A stretch of 64,000 nt of DNA, from assembly GCA_965242965.1 (NCBI GenBank), contig OZ251518.1:5597972-5661971 (forward strand), read 5' to 3'. This document shows positions 1-9,850 of this stretch, piece by piece. A program made the position numbers and the translations under genes. Position 1 is the stretch's first letter. Each line of letters opens with the position of its first letter. The notes beneath the pieces were generated by a model that saw nothing but the letters and a program-made list of their open reading frames with translations, ran no database searches and was not told the DNA's origin. This DNA is from Candidatus Poribacteria bacterium (GTDB lineage: Bacteria; Poribacteria; WGA-4E; WGA-3G).

Positions 1-288
1 TTTGAAGTCTGGCTCATCAGACTCCAAGCGGCGGATTTCGGTGTGCTTCTTGCGGAGTTTTCTAACACCGATTAGCATCCCCACGATATACACTCCGACA
101 AGCAACCAACGATACGGATACGGTGTTATCCAAAGTAGCCCGACATAGAGGGACACCACGGGCCAAACTATCGCGGCGGCTTTCACGACGAAAGCGCGTT
201 CTTTCGGGCCCTGCGTGGAGACGATGGCAAGGGCTGTGCCGAGGATGCCGCCGAGGATGCCAATGATTCCGCCAATTATTCCTACCAT
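1..288 (-). CDS. Small membrane protein, runs off the window edge (partial)
   Basis: Manual translation from ATG at 288 is open to position 1: MVGIIGGIIGILGGILGTALAIVSTQGPKERAFVVKAAAIVWPVV..., with about three hydrophobic segments. Not in the ORF track because the stop lies outside the window. Confidence 0.6.
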   Translation of the reverse strand, partial: MVGIIGGIIGILGGILGTALAIVSTQGPKERAFVVKAAAIVWPVVSLYVGLLWITPYPYRWLLVGVYIVGMLIGVRKLRKKHTEIRRLESDEPDFK

Positions 289-301
289 GTTTTGATCCAA
301 A

Positions 302-870
302 TCGAGACCGGGAGGGCCTGTCCCTCGCCATGCGTTTGGCTGTCAGACCGCATCACTCCTGTAGGTCAAGATCGCCTGATCTTGACCCGTTCGGGATGCG
401 GTGAAAAAACGCCTCCCCTTCACCGTAGGGCGAGGGCCTGTCCCTCGCCAGCGTTCATGCGCCGGACCCTGTAGTTCAAGATCACCTGATCTTGAACTGT
501 TTGTGATCAGGCGATCACAAACTACAGAGGAAACACACATCGTGACGATGGAGATCGCGGGGGACAGGCCCCCGCGCTACGATAAAAAAACGGTTCTTGA
601 ACCATCGCGGGGGACAGGCCCCCGCGCTACGGTGAAAAAAACGGCCCCTTTCACCGTAGGGCGAGGGCCTGTCCCTCGCCATCGTTCATGCACGCACAAT
701 CCAACGCTCGCGGGGGAAACCCTCTCGGATGCGCGTATGGCATCCGAGGGCCCCCGCGCTACGATAAAAAAAAACGATTCTTGAGCCATCGCGGGGGACA
801 GGCCCCCGTGCTACGGGATAATCGAGCCCCGAGGTCTCTCCTACCCGAAGACATCAAGACCGGGAGCTAC
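302..870. repeat. Cluster of GTAG-led REP-like palindromes
   Basis: Multiple copies, on both strands, of GTAGGGCGAGGGCCTGTCCCTCGCC, GTAGCGCGGGGGCCTGTCCCCCGCG and GTAGGTCAAGATCGCCTGATCTTGACC. Confidence 0.9.
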
Positions 871-893
871 AATGCATAACACGGTTATTATTA

Positions 894-922
894 AGTATAC
901 CACATTTTAAGCGAAATGTCAA
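894..922 (-). promoter_or_regulatory. Sigma70-type promoter firing leftward
   Basis: TTGACA (922-917), 17 bp spacer, TATACT (899-894) on the minus strand. Confidence 0.6.
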
Positions 923-978
923 GAAAAATGTGATTTGGCGTAGGTAAGGCTCACGTGAGCCCTACCTACAGGTTAATG

Positions 979-1584
979 CTACGCGTTCGCGATGTAGAGT
1001 TCGTTGACGCGCGTCCAATTGATGACGTTCGTCCACGCCTCAACGTAATCGGGACGGCGGTTCTGGTACTTGAGATAGTAGGCGTGCTCCCAGACATCAA
1101 TGCCGAGCAGCGGAGTGTGCCCATGCATCAGCGGGCTGTCCTGATTCGCCGTGGAGTAGATCTCCAGTCCGTTATCGCCGAGGACGAGCCATGCCCATCC
1201 GGAGCCGAACCGTGTCGTCGCGGCGGTGCCGAACAAGTCGCGGGCTTCGTGCAGTCCACCGAAGGCGGACTCGATTGCAGACGCGATTTCGCCGCCGATT
1301 TCGCCACCGTTGGGGCTCATGGTAGACCAGAAGAGCGAGTGGTTCGCATGGCCGCCGCCGTTGTTAATCACCGCTTGGCGTTTGTCTTCGGGCACCCTGT
1401 CAAGGTTTTGCAGCAGATCTGCAACGTCCATATCAGCGAGTTCCCCGAGCCCTTCCAAAGCAGCGTTCAGGTTATTGACGTAGCCTTGATGGTGTTTCCC
1501 GTGGTGGATTTCCATCGTCTGTGCGTCAATGTAAGGTTCCAAAGCATCGTGCGCGTAAGGCAGTGCCGGTAATGTATGTGCCAT
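979..1584 (-). CDS. sodA: Fe/Mn superoxide dismutase
   Basis: LPALPY start, [23 protein letters not shown] and DVWEHAYY motifs. Confidence 0.95.
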   Translation of the reverse strand: MAHTLPALPYAHDALEPYIDAQTMEIHHGKHHQGYVNNLNAALEGLGELADMDVADLLQNLDRVPEDKRQAVINNGGGHANHSLFWSTMSPNGGEIGGEIASAIESAFGGLHEARDLFGTAATTRFGSGWAWLVLGDNGLEIYSTANQDSPLMHGHTPLLGIDVWEHAYYLKYQNRRPDYVEAWTNVINWTRVNELYIANA

Positions 1585-1698
1585 TTTGAATTCTTCGTCG
1601 GCGTTTCATCCAAATTGAACGAGTTCCGACAAAAAACCTCCTTAAAATATAATGTTAAAAATTATAACAGATTTGCGATTTGCATGCAAGCGAAAAAT

Positions 1699-4600
1699 TT
1701 ATGCATCCGCATCATTCGTTTCGGGAACCGCGCCGACGCGGCACATCTGCTTGTAGGAACAATAATTACAAGGTGCCGTTTTGTTGCGCGGTGTGAGTGG
1801 GAAACTGCCGTCTTCCACAGCATCCACAAACGTCTTCACGCGTGTGATGAGCGGGAATTTGCCGTCGCACATTTCATCAACGTAATGCGCGACATAGCCA
1901 ATCACGCGCTGAATGACAGGAGGAAGGGGCTCAACGAGTTGTCCACTTCTGCCACTTCTGCCACCAACTTTATTCCAGACTTCGCCATTGTAACCCTGGA
2001 AGCTGGTACCGTTGTCATCTTTGTTGCCGACACCCAATTCAACGGTGCATGTATCAAACCTGACTTTGTGATACAACCCCGCCGCTGGGCGGTATTCTCC
2101 CTGCAGGAGATGCTTGGCAATTTCCAGATAGATAGGCAGTTGGAGGGCGCGTCCCTCGCAGATGTCTCGGATGCGAATCGTTGAGTTCCCGGTTTTATAG
2201 TCAATGACGTTGAAAACGCCATCGCCGATATCAATCCGGTCGATTTTCGCGTGCAGCGGCACACCGCCAATAGAAATAGGCTGCTCGCGGCTGAGTGCCG
2301 CATCGGCGTTCCCCGATTTTTTGTCTCCGATGTTGACTTCAAAATAACGTGGGAGCACCGGCAAATCGGCATCGCGTTCCGCCTCAAGCCATCGGTGCAA
2401 GGCGATTTGCAACCGCTCTTTCTCGATTTGCCAGAAGAGGTTGTCGCTGCCAATCGCGGTTTCCTGTCTTGCGCTAAGGCGGAGGCGATGCTCTTCGGTG
2501 GCGCGCTCGATCACTTCATCTAATTGTCGTTTCGCTTCGGCAAAGTTCGCCGCGTTCGGCTGTTGTCCATCGCGGTTCGTGTAGAATTCAAAGAGGATCT
2601 GGTGGACCAGGGTGCCTTTTTCTCGCGCGGAGAGTCCCTCTTCGTCATCTCTCGGTGCGTTGAGCCGCAAAATTCTATCCGCAAAATATTGGAACGGGCA
2701 CTTCGCGTATGTCTCTAATTCTGTGACAGAGTGTGGCTTAACGCGCAGTTCTGCCAAGGCACTGTGGTTTCGCTCCGTTAAAATCCCTTCATAGGCTAAG
2801 CGATTGTGCGTTTCCTCTCGGCTTTTCTCGACAAGGGCGACATGGTTTACCAGGGGCATAGTACGCGCCCAACGCGCGTCTCTGAAATCGGTTGCCGGTG
2901 CTTCAGTTTTCCATACGTATTGCCCATATTTCCGCAGGAAACTGGCGTGACTGAATTCGCCGGTAGTCTCAACTTCTTCCGTGCCGATTTTCGCCACCTG
3001 TTCAAGTTGCGCGAGGAACGGAGAAGGAATGAGGTCTGACTCGTTTTCGCGCTCAGGGCTTATCAAATAGAGACGTTCCCGGAAAGCCTTGAGTGCCATA
3101 TAGAAGAGAAAGCGTTGCTCGCACTGCTGGTCTGACTCACTACGGACGTATGTTTCCGGGAGCAATGCATCTGGCAGATAATTAGTAGGGAACCGGCCAT
3201 CGGTGAAGTCACCGAGGATCACCGTGTCAAAGTCAAGACTTTGAAGTTGGGATAAACTGAGGATGCGCACGCCGCCGCTCGTTTCAGGCGTTGGATATGT
3301 GGTCCGCGCCGCCATCAGCCGGAGAGACTGGACGTATTTGTGATACGGATGCTTCGCCTCTTTGGAACCAGAGTCCGACTCGTTAAGTGTTCGACACAAT
3401 TCGTCAACAAGAATATTGAGTGCGCGATACGCAGCAATTTCCGATGAAATCACTGCACTATCAATCGCGTCCGGTGAGTTCAGAATGTTGCGCTGAACTT
3501 TTCCCTGTTCAAGCAGCTGAGTAAAATAGGTTTGAAACGCCTTGGGTGTCATCTCTCTCTGGCGCGGCGGCATCTCAACCTCCGAGAAATAGGGCGGTTC
3601 GTTCGGGACGGCATTCTCCGTAAGGCAAGAGAAGATTGCCTTTACCACCGGCGACTGAGCGAGAGGATGCGCTTCCATCACCGAATAGGGGATACCGTGC
3701 TCGGGGAAAATCTCGGCGATGCGCTGTAGATACAGCTCAGGGTTGTGATACGTGACACAGATGTCGTCTGGCTGACATGCGCCGTTCTTGATGCGCTGCC
3801 TGATGAGATGCGCTACATGCTCTACCTCGTCCATCCGGTCTGGGGGCCTGACGAGTTTTATTTTCTCGTGCAGGTTCATCCGTGAACTAGCATCTGAATA
3901 AGACTGGAACAGATTCTGTGCGAAATGCGCGATGCGTTCTAACCGGGGTGGCAGCAACTCTTCAGTGATAACCTCGGAGTCGCAGAGCTCCTCAAAGAGG
4001 TTCTCTACGTGCCCAAACAGCGCAGGATTGCCTTCCTGATAATCCGCTCGGAAGTATACCTGCATATTCGGGATGTCGGCAATCTGTGCCAAAATTTTGA
4101 TATCCGCTTTGGAGAAGACATCAAAATCCTCAACGCTAACGAGAGAGACACCTGGGAACGCGGCCGTCATCAACTTCGGTTCAAAGTGCGTGGAGAGGAA
4201 AAGGTGCATCCCCTGTTCATCTATCCAATTTGGGTTGAGTTTATCCTGATAGTCACGATAGAGTTTGGTAAGCGCAGTTAAGTAGGGGTTGTCCGTCTTT
4301 CGCGCGTCCGATTTAAGTCCGCTCCATCCCTCAGCGTCAGTGCCTCGTGCGTTGAGATAGTTAATGGTGTTGACGATGAGGGAGAGTGTGCTATCCGGCA
4401 CTGGAACGTCTTGCACCGGGCTGAACGCTTGTTGCGCTTTTTCGTCAACAAGCTCGCGTAGCCAGAGGGTTTGCATGCCGGGGGAAATTTCTACGCGCTT
4501 TTCGTTCGTATCAAGTTGTGCGTAGAGGCGGCGCACAAATTTGGCGAGCGTATGCACGCGCAGATTCGCCACTGTCTTGCTCGGATGATACTGGAGCAAC

Positions 4601-4707
4601 TCGCGTTGTCGTTTCAAACGCGCCGCAGGAGTAGGGACAATGACGACAAATGTTTCTGCGTTGTCCTCTCTGATACGAGATTTGAGGATGCTCTCAATAT
4701 TTTGCAT
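1699..4707 (-). CDS. AddB/RexB-like protein with C-terminal PD-(D/E)xK nuclease
   Basis: SVTELETYAKCPF, GTLVHQIL, KIDRID...VIDYKTG, LQLPIY and a C-terminal CNYCSYKQMC (Fe-S staple cysteines). Confidence 0.85.
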   Translation of the reverse strand: MQNIESILKSRIREDNAETFVVIVPTPAARLKRQRELLQYHPSKTVANLRVHTLAKFVRRLYAQLDTNEKRVEISPGMQTLWLRELVDEKAQQAFSPVQDVPVPDSTLSLIVNTINYLNARGTDAEGWSGLKSDARKTDNPYLTALTKLYRDYQDKLNPNWIDEQGMHLFLSTHFEPKLMTAAFPGVSLVSVEDFDVFSKADIKILAQIADIPNMQVYFRADYQEGNPALFGHVENLFEELCDSEVITEELLPPRLERIAHFAQNLFQSYSDASSRMNLHEKIKLVRPPDRMDEVEHVAHLIRQRIKNGACQPDDICVTYHNPELYLQRIAEIFPEHGIPYSVMEAHPLAQSPVVKAIFSCLTENAVPNEPPYFSEVEMPPRQREMTPKAFQTYFTQLLEQGKVQRNILNSPDAIDSAVISSEIAAYRALNILVDELCRTLNESDSGSKEAKHPYHKYVQSLRLMAARTTYPTPETSGGVRILSLSQLQSLDFDTVILGDFTDGRFPTNYLPDALLPETYVRSESDQQCEQRFLFYMALKAFRERLYLISPERENESDLIPSPFLAQLEQVAKIGTEEVETTGEFSHASFLRKYGQYVWKTEAPATDFRDARWARTMPLVNHVALVEKSREETHNRLAYEGILTERNHSALAELRVKPHSVTELETYAKCPFQYFADRILRLNAPRDDEEGLSAREKGTLVHQILFEFYTNRDGQQPNAANFAEAKRQLDEVIERATEEHRLRLSARQETAIGSDNLFWQIEKERLQIALHRWLEAERDADLPVLPRYFEVNIGDKKSGNADAALSREQPISIGGVPLHAKIDRIDIGDGVFNVIDYKTGNSTIRIRDICEGRALQLPIYLEIAKHLLQGEYRPAAGLYHKVRFDTCTVELGVGNKDDNGTSFQGYNGEVWNKVGGRSGRSGQLVEPLPPVIQRVIGYVAHYVDEMCDGKFPLITRVKTFVDAVEDGSFPLTPRNKTAPCNYCSYKQMCRVGAVPETNDADA

Positions 4708-4765
4708 CTATTCGCTCCTAAGTTGATTGATACATCGGGGGCGCGGTTAGAAACCGCGCCTTGCA

Positions 4766-5740
4766 TCAGCGTGCTTCATTCGCGCTGGAGACAAGATTTG
4801 CCGCAAATTCTTCAAGCGTTGGCACCTGTATCGCTTCGCGATGCAACTGCTTGAGACGCTGCGAATCGTCAATCGCCTCCAAGGCGGGTTTCAATGTCTG
4901 GACACCGCGTGGATGAAAGCGGACTTCTAACACGTCAAGCAAAGCCCCAAGGGCAGTCTCGCGTATCCCTTGTTGGATACCGCGTTCAATCCCTTGCTCG
5001 ATGCCCTGTGCTACTGCTTTCTCGGTGAAGTATTGGACAATCGATGATTCGTTCATGGTTTCCTCTAATATGATTTTGCGAAGGGTCGCGGCGTTTAAAA
5101 TTAAGCCGCCCAAAACGCCTAATTCGCCCAAACACTCGCTCTTGCTCGCTGCATCCGGTAGAGCGATGTCAATAGTTTTCACACAGTGCCGGAGCCACTG
5201 CGCCTCGTCCATCCCGGTTTGCGGCTTCATCAGTGCAGCAAAAGGAAATAAACCGGTTTGGCCCAGATTCAGCAACGCCTGGCCTTCCATCTCGCCGAGT
5301 CTGATAACCTTATACTGGACGCGGACCTCGTATTCTGGAATATCTTGATGATACTCCCCCGGGTCTTTCGCACCTGCATCGGGGTGGAGATAAACGACAT
5401 GAGATAGGATAGGCAGCCCGTAGAGTCCAATGCCTCTGCAGGCGTATCCTGCCATGCGAAATTCGATGGGAATCTGAGTACTATCGCGCGTCTGAAACTC
5501 GCAATGCACAATGGTTTTTCGCCCGCGGATATTGACGAGTACGAAACTATCCGCGTGGTGCGTTTTCATTGTCAGTTGTGTCGTTTCAACAACCTCAAGA
5601 AAGTCCGCATCTTGGATGCCAAGAAGTTCTTTGACGAACGCCTCCGGGTGTCTTTGCACCACCAATTTTGTGACAGTATCAAACCGTGCCGGCAGTATGT
5701 CTGTCTTTTCGGACGCTTTCTGTTGTAGGCTACTGTTCAT
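4766..5740 (-). CDS. Rpn/YhgA-like recombination-promoting nuclease (putative transposase family)
   Basis: ADSFVL...HCEFQT, FRMAGY, GIEQGIERGIQQG repeat and a LEVRF C-terminal domain. Confidence 0.8.
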   Translation of the reverse strand: MNSSLQQKASEKTDILPARFDTVTKLVVQRHPEAFVKELLGIQDADFLEVVETTQLTMKTHHADSFVLVNIRGRKTIVHCEFQTRDSTQIPIEFRMAGYACRGIGLYGLPILSHVVYLHPDAGAKDPGEYHQDIPEYEVRVQYKVIRLGEMEGQALLNLGQTGLFPFAALMKPQTGMDEAQWLRHCVKTIDIALPDAASKSECLGELGVLGGLILNAATLRKIILEETMNESSIVQYFTEKAVAQGIEQGIERGIQQGIRETALGALLDVLEVRFHPRGVQTLKPALEAIDDSQRLKQLHREAIQVPTLEEFAANLVSSANEAR

Positions 5741-5791
5741 AGTGAAATTTCTCGTGATTCATCATTGTGGCATCGCGGTTCAAAACCGCGC

Positions 5792-7714
5792 CTACCGGAT
5801 TTGTGTGCCGAGCGGAACCTCTGTCTCCAAAGTTGCCAAAACTACCGCATCCCCACTCGCCGCGAGGAGCATGCCTTGCGACTCAACACCGCGGATAGTC
5901 GCCGGCTCTAAATTCGTCACGACGATTACTTGCTTCCCGATTAAGGTTTCTGGCGCGTAGTGCTCAGCAATCCCCGCGACAACCTGCCGTTTTTCTGCCC
6001 CGAGGTCTACTTGCAATTTCAGGAGTCGGTTTGCCCCCGCAATCGGTTCGGCGGCGATAACTTTGGCGGCGCGTATGTCCAATTTTTGGAATTCCAAGAA
6101 CGAGACGAGCTGGCTGGCTGCTTTTGCCGCCTTCTGTTTTGCGGTTCCAGCCTTAGTGCTTGAAGTCGGCGACGCTTTTTTCTCCCGCGTCTGTTTATCA
6201 ATGCGCGGGAAAATCGGTTCACCGCGCGCTATCGCGAGGGTTGTCGGTAAGCCGCCCCACGCCGCAATGGTATCAAAACCGTTGGCACTATCGGCAGGGA
6301 GATTCAGTTGCTGTCGAATCCGGTCTGCCGTTTCGGGCATAAACGGCGAAACCAGCACGGCGATGATGCGCAACGCTTCCAAGCCGTTGTAGAGGATGGT
6401 GCCCATGCGCGGCCGGTTCTCCGGCGTGTTGAGCGTCCAGACTTCGGTTTGCTGGATGTAGCGGTTGATACGCCGCACGAACTCCCAGATTGTCTCTAGC
6501 ACCGTGTCAAAAGCGAACGTCTCCATTAACGCGTCCAATTTCTGAAGCGTTTCGCGATGCATCGCCTTAATTTCATCGTCAAATTCGCCCGGTGTCGTCG
6601 GTGCCGGCACCTGTTTGAAGTGTTTGCCGACGAGGCCGAGGACGCGATTGAGCAGATTACCCAAATCGTTGGCAAGATCAGCGTGATAGCGCGCGTTGAG
6701 TCGGCTAGGACGATAGTCGCCATCGTTTCCAAAACTAAACTCGCGCAGCAGATAATAACGGAACGCATCCACGCCGTAGGTGGCGATGTCAGTATCCATA
6801 TCAATGAAAATACCGCGCGTCTTGCTCAACGCCTCACCCTCCTTCGTTAACCATCCATGTGCGACGATGTGTTTAGGCAGCGGGAGGTTCACCGCCATCA
6901 GCATCGCCGGCCAGATTAAGGCGTGGAAACGGGTGATATCCTTCGCCATCATGTGGACATCGGCAGGCCAAAACTGCTGATACCGTTCGCTGTCGGTTTC
7001 ATAGCCGAGTCCGGTGATGTAGTTACTCAGTGCTTCGATCCAGACGTAGGCGATATGCTCGGTATCAAACGGTAGCGGAATTCCCCACGAAACGGAGGAA
7101 CGGGAGATGCTCACATCTTCCAACCCCGATTCCAAAAAACTCAAGAGCTCGTTGCGCCGGGGCTCCGGATGGATGAACGTTGGGTTCTCACGGATATGCG
7201 CAATCAGCCGCGCCTGATACTTGGAGAGTTTAAAAAAGTAGTTCTCCTCTTCCACCCATTCTAACGGCAATTTATGGATAGGACAGATTTTCTCCTCGGT
7301 TAGTTCTTTTTCGGGGAAGAATTGTTCGCACGGGCGGCAGTAGTGGCCTTCGTAGGTGTCTTTGTAGACATCGCCGCTGGCTTTGAGCGCGGTGAGGAAT
7401 TTCCGGACACCGCGCTTGTGCATCTCGCTCGTCGTGCGGAGGAAGATATCGTGCGAGATGTTCAGCCGTTGCCACAACTTTGTGAACGTGGGTGCCATCT
7501 TATCGCAGTAGGCTTGCGGCGCGAGCCCCTCTTCCTCGGCGGCTTTATGCACATTCGCACCGTGTTCATCGACACCGGTGAGGAAGAACACATCGTGCCC
7601 TTTGAGGCGGTGATACCGCGCCAAGACATCGGCGGCGATGTTGGTGTAGGCGTGCCCGGCATGCGGTTCGCCGTTGACGTAGTAAATGGGTGTGGTGAGG
7701 TAAAACGCTGTCAT
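5792..7714 (-). CDS. metG: Methionine--tRNA ligase with C-terminal tRNA-binding domain
   Basis: FYLTTPIYYVNGEPHAGHAY (HIGH-like), LSKT (KMSKS-like) and RGVESQGMLLAA OB domain. Start set at ATG 7714; the longer called ORF runs into repeats. Confidence 0.95.
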   Translation of the reverse strand: MTAFYLTTPIYYVNGEPHAGHAYTNIAADVLARYHRLKGHDVFFLTGVDEHGANVHKAAEEEGLAPQAYCDKMAPTFTKLWQRLNISHDIFLRTTSEMHKRGVRKFLTALKASGDVYKDTYEGHYCRPCEQFFPEKELTEEKICPIHKLPLEWVEEENYFFKLSKYQARLIAHIRENPTFIHPEPRRNELLSFLESGLEDVSISRSSVSWGIPLPFDTEHIAYVWIEALSNYITGLGYETDSERYQQFWPADVHMMAKDITRFHALIWPAMLMAVNLPLPKHIVAHGWLTKEGEALSKTRGIFIDMDTDIATYGVDAFRYYLLREFSFGNDGDYRPSRLNARYHADLANDLGNLLNRVLGLVGKHFKQVPAPTTPGEFDDEIKAMHRETLQKLDALMETFAFDTVLETIWEFVRRINRYIQQTEVWTLNTPENRPRMGTILYNGLEALRIIAVLVSPFMPETADRIRQQLNLPADSANGFDTIAAWGGLPTTLAIARGEPIFPRIDKQTREKKASPTSSTKAGTAKQKAAKAASQLVSFLEFQKLDIRAAKVIAAEPIAGANRLLKLQVDLGAEKRQVVAGIAEHYAPETLIGKQVIVVTNLEPATIRGVESQGMLLAASGDAVVLATLETEVPLGTQIR

Positions 7715-7787
7715 CGGTTTTCCTTTTTTGTTGTTCGCGAGGCGTTCGATTAGGGTTGTTCGCGTTAAGAACGTCTCTTTGCATAAT

Positions 7788-8240
7788 TGAGGGTGTTTCA
7801 TAACTCCGTTTCGGTAGTTATCCCGCCTTGGAGGGCGGGCGAATGCCGGCAGGCATCGGGCCCCCTCTGTAGTTTGTGATCGCCTGATCACAAACGGGTC
7901 AGGATCAGGCGATCCTGACCTACAGAGATGATGCGCTCTGCCAGCCAAACGCATGGCGAGGGACAGGCCCTCGCCCTACGGTGAAGGGGGACGTGTTACC
8001 GTAGCGCGGGGGCCTGTCCCCCGCGATCGCTCGACCTCAGCGGAAAACGCCCGCAGCCCAGAGACTACGGATGTTTGCTGCTCAGCCCGGTGCATGGCGA
8101 GGGACAGGCCCTCGCCCTACGGTGAAAGCGGCCATCAAGCATGGCGAGGGACAGGCCCTCGCCCTACGTGAAGGGAGGCGTTTTTTACCCTATCGCGGGA
8201 AATGTCACCGCGACGTTGAGCGATTTATGAAACACTCTCA
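7788..8240. mobile_element. MITE-like element: inverted-repeat-bounded REP cassette
   Basis: TGAGGGTGTTTCATAA at 7788 and its near-perfect inverse TTATGAAACACTCTCA ending at 8240 enclose several REP palindromes. No real coding content. Confidence 0.65.
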
Positions 8241-8244
8241 CACA

Positions 8245-8273
8245 ATTATATCATAAAAATTGGGGTTTGTCAA
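8245..8273 (-). promoter_or_regulatory. Consensus sigma70 promoter for metG
   Basis: TTGACA (8273-8268), 17 bp spacer, TATAAT (8250-8245) on the minus strand. Confidence 0.75.
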
Positions 8274-8291
8274 CATTTTTCCAATTCAGGA

Positions 8292-9797
8292 TTATTTCGC
8301 TGCATCTTGCGCCGCCTGAATTTCTGACAACAACTTTCGATACGCCTCCCTCTTCGGCTCCATCTCCAGCGCGCGATGAATTGCAGCGAACGCTTCCGCA
8401 TACTGTCCATTGCGGTAATAGGCATACGCCAAGGTGTCGTAATACTTCGCTGTGGGGGATAATGCAACCGCCTTCTTCGCTAATGCCACAGCCGCTTGCA
8501 ATTCCTCGCCGAGCCCGGCGTAGACGCGCGCCAAGTTGTTGTGCGCTTCCGCCGACATGCTATCGGCAGCAATTGCCGATTGGAATGCCTGAATCGCATC
8601 GGGGAACCGTTTTTGGTTAATAGCGATGACACCTAACTTCAGCCACGCCTTTGCATCATCGGGAACGATTTCGGTGGCGCGGGTATAGACAGCACGCGCC
8701 TTTTCGAGAGCGCGTTGTCGGATAAACAACTCGCCGAGGCGATGATAAGGCGGCAAAAACTTCGGATGCACCGTTGTCGCGATGTGGTAAACGCGTTCCG
8801 CCGCTGCTAGATTGTCAACCGACTCGTGGAGCGCGCCTAACTTGACATAAAGCGTCGGTTTGTTCGGATACGTGTAGAGCGACTCGCGATAGTAATGCAC
8901 CGCATCCTCGTAAACTTTCATCCGGGTGAATTCCGACATGGCGGTTTTCGCGCGCTCGGGTTCACGTAAAAGACGATAGGTGAGTGCAAGGCGGTAATAG
9001 GCTTGCGCCAAGTATTGATTGCGCGCAAGGGCATCGCGATAATGGGCAACCGCATCCGTCAAATTATTCTCCATCTCCGCGACTCTGCCTAACCCGTAAT
9101 AGGATTCGGGACGCTCCGGATCCAGGCGTATCCCGGCGCGATAGGCACGCTCAGCCGCTTTCAATCGGTGTTGGAGGAGATGGACATCGCCGAGGTGGAT
9201 ACGCACCTCGGCGGTTTCGGGAAGGAGCATCACTGCCTGTTTAAGGTGTTTTTCAGCGAGCGGCAATTGTCCCTGCGCTTTGTAGACGATGCCACTGTGC
9301 AAGTGGGCATTACCGTGGACATGTGGCGGCGCATCCACTGCCAACGCCGCCTGATACGCCGCTATCGCCTCGCTGAGCATGTTTTTTTCTTCATAGACGA
9401 TGCCGATGTAGCAGTATGTCAGACTCTGCGCCGGTGTCTGTTTTAAGATTGCCTGAAATGCGGCGAGTGCTTCGTCGTATTGTTCCTGTTCCAAATAGCG
9501 AACTGCCTCCTCAAATCGCGCCCGCGCCTGGGAGGTTGCGCCTACATCAAACTGCCCAGTAGGAGAGACCTCCCGGTCTCGATGCCTTCCGGTAGGAGAG
9601 ACCTCCTGGTCTCGATGGACATCCTGCCACGCAGGGAGGACGAACCCATGCCTTCCCGTAGGAGAGCCCTCCTGGTCTCGATGCCTTCCGGTAGGAGAGC
9701 CCTCCCGGTCTCGATGAGCATCCTGCCACACAGGTAGCACGAACACACCAAAGAAAAGCAGCAGAAATGGGAAGAAAAGCAGGACGCGCGTTAACAT
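8292..9797 (-). CDS. Tetratricopeptide repeat protein with N-terminal hydrophobic segment and in-frame REP-derived repeats
   Basis: Many TPR units (e.g. YYGLGRVAE, AHNNLARVY, YYDTLAYAYY). HRD(R/Q)E(G/V)SPTG x4 is encoded by REP copies. Confidence 0.9.
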   Translation of the reverse strand: MLTRVLLFFPFLLLFFGVFVLPVWQDAHRDREGSPTGRHRDQEGSPTGRHGFVLPAWQDVHRDQEVSPTGRHRDREVSPTGQFDVGATSQARARFEEAVRYLEQEQYDEALAAFQAILKQTPAQSLTYCYIGIVYEEKNMLSEAIAAYQAALAVDAPPHVHGNAHLHSGIVYKAQGQLPLAEKHLKQAVMLLPETAEVRIHLGDVHLLQHRLKAAERAYRAGIRLDPERPESYYGLGRVAEMENNLTDAVAHYRDALARNQYLAQAYYRLALTYRLLREPERAKTAMSEFTRMKVYEDAVHYYRESLYTYPNKPTLYVKLGALHESVDNLAAAERVYHIATTVHPKFLPPYHRLGELFIRQRALEKARAVYTRATEIVPDDAKAWLKLGVIAINQKRFPDAIQAFQSAIAADSMSAEAHNNLARVYAGLGEELQAAVALAKKAVALSPTAKYYDTLAYAYYRNGQYAEAFAAIHRALEMEPKREAYRKLLSEIQAAQDAAK

Positions 9798-9850
9798 ATT
9801 GATGCGTGGAGGGACGGCATAAAAGCCGTCCCTACCTCTCGGGTGAGAAA

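Noticed and set aside
292-879. Short ORFs with ARGPVPR/RGTGPRPT peptides (also at 7953-8256, 22597-23097, 28679-28960, 30730-31815)
   Set aside because: These are translations of REP palindromes, with no RBS or domain content.
4766-5740. Rpn gene as an autonomous IS element
   Set aside because: No terminal inverted repeats or target duplication were seen, and Rpn proteins are not established IS transposases.
7715-7954. N-terminal extension of MetG, and similar extensions on ORFs 12752, 21711, 41256, 46583, 56656, 57940 and 62206
   Set aside because: The extensions run through repeats or intergenic DNA. Family homology begins at downstream ATGs.
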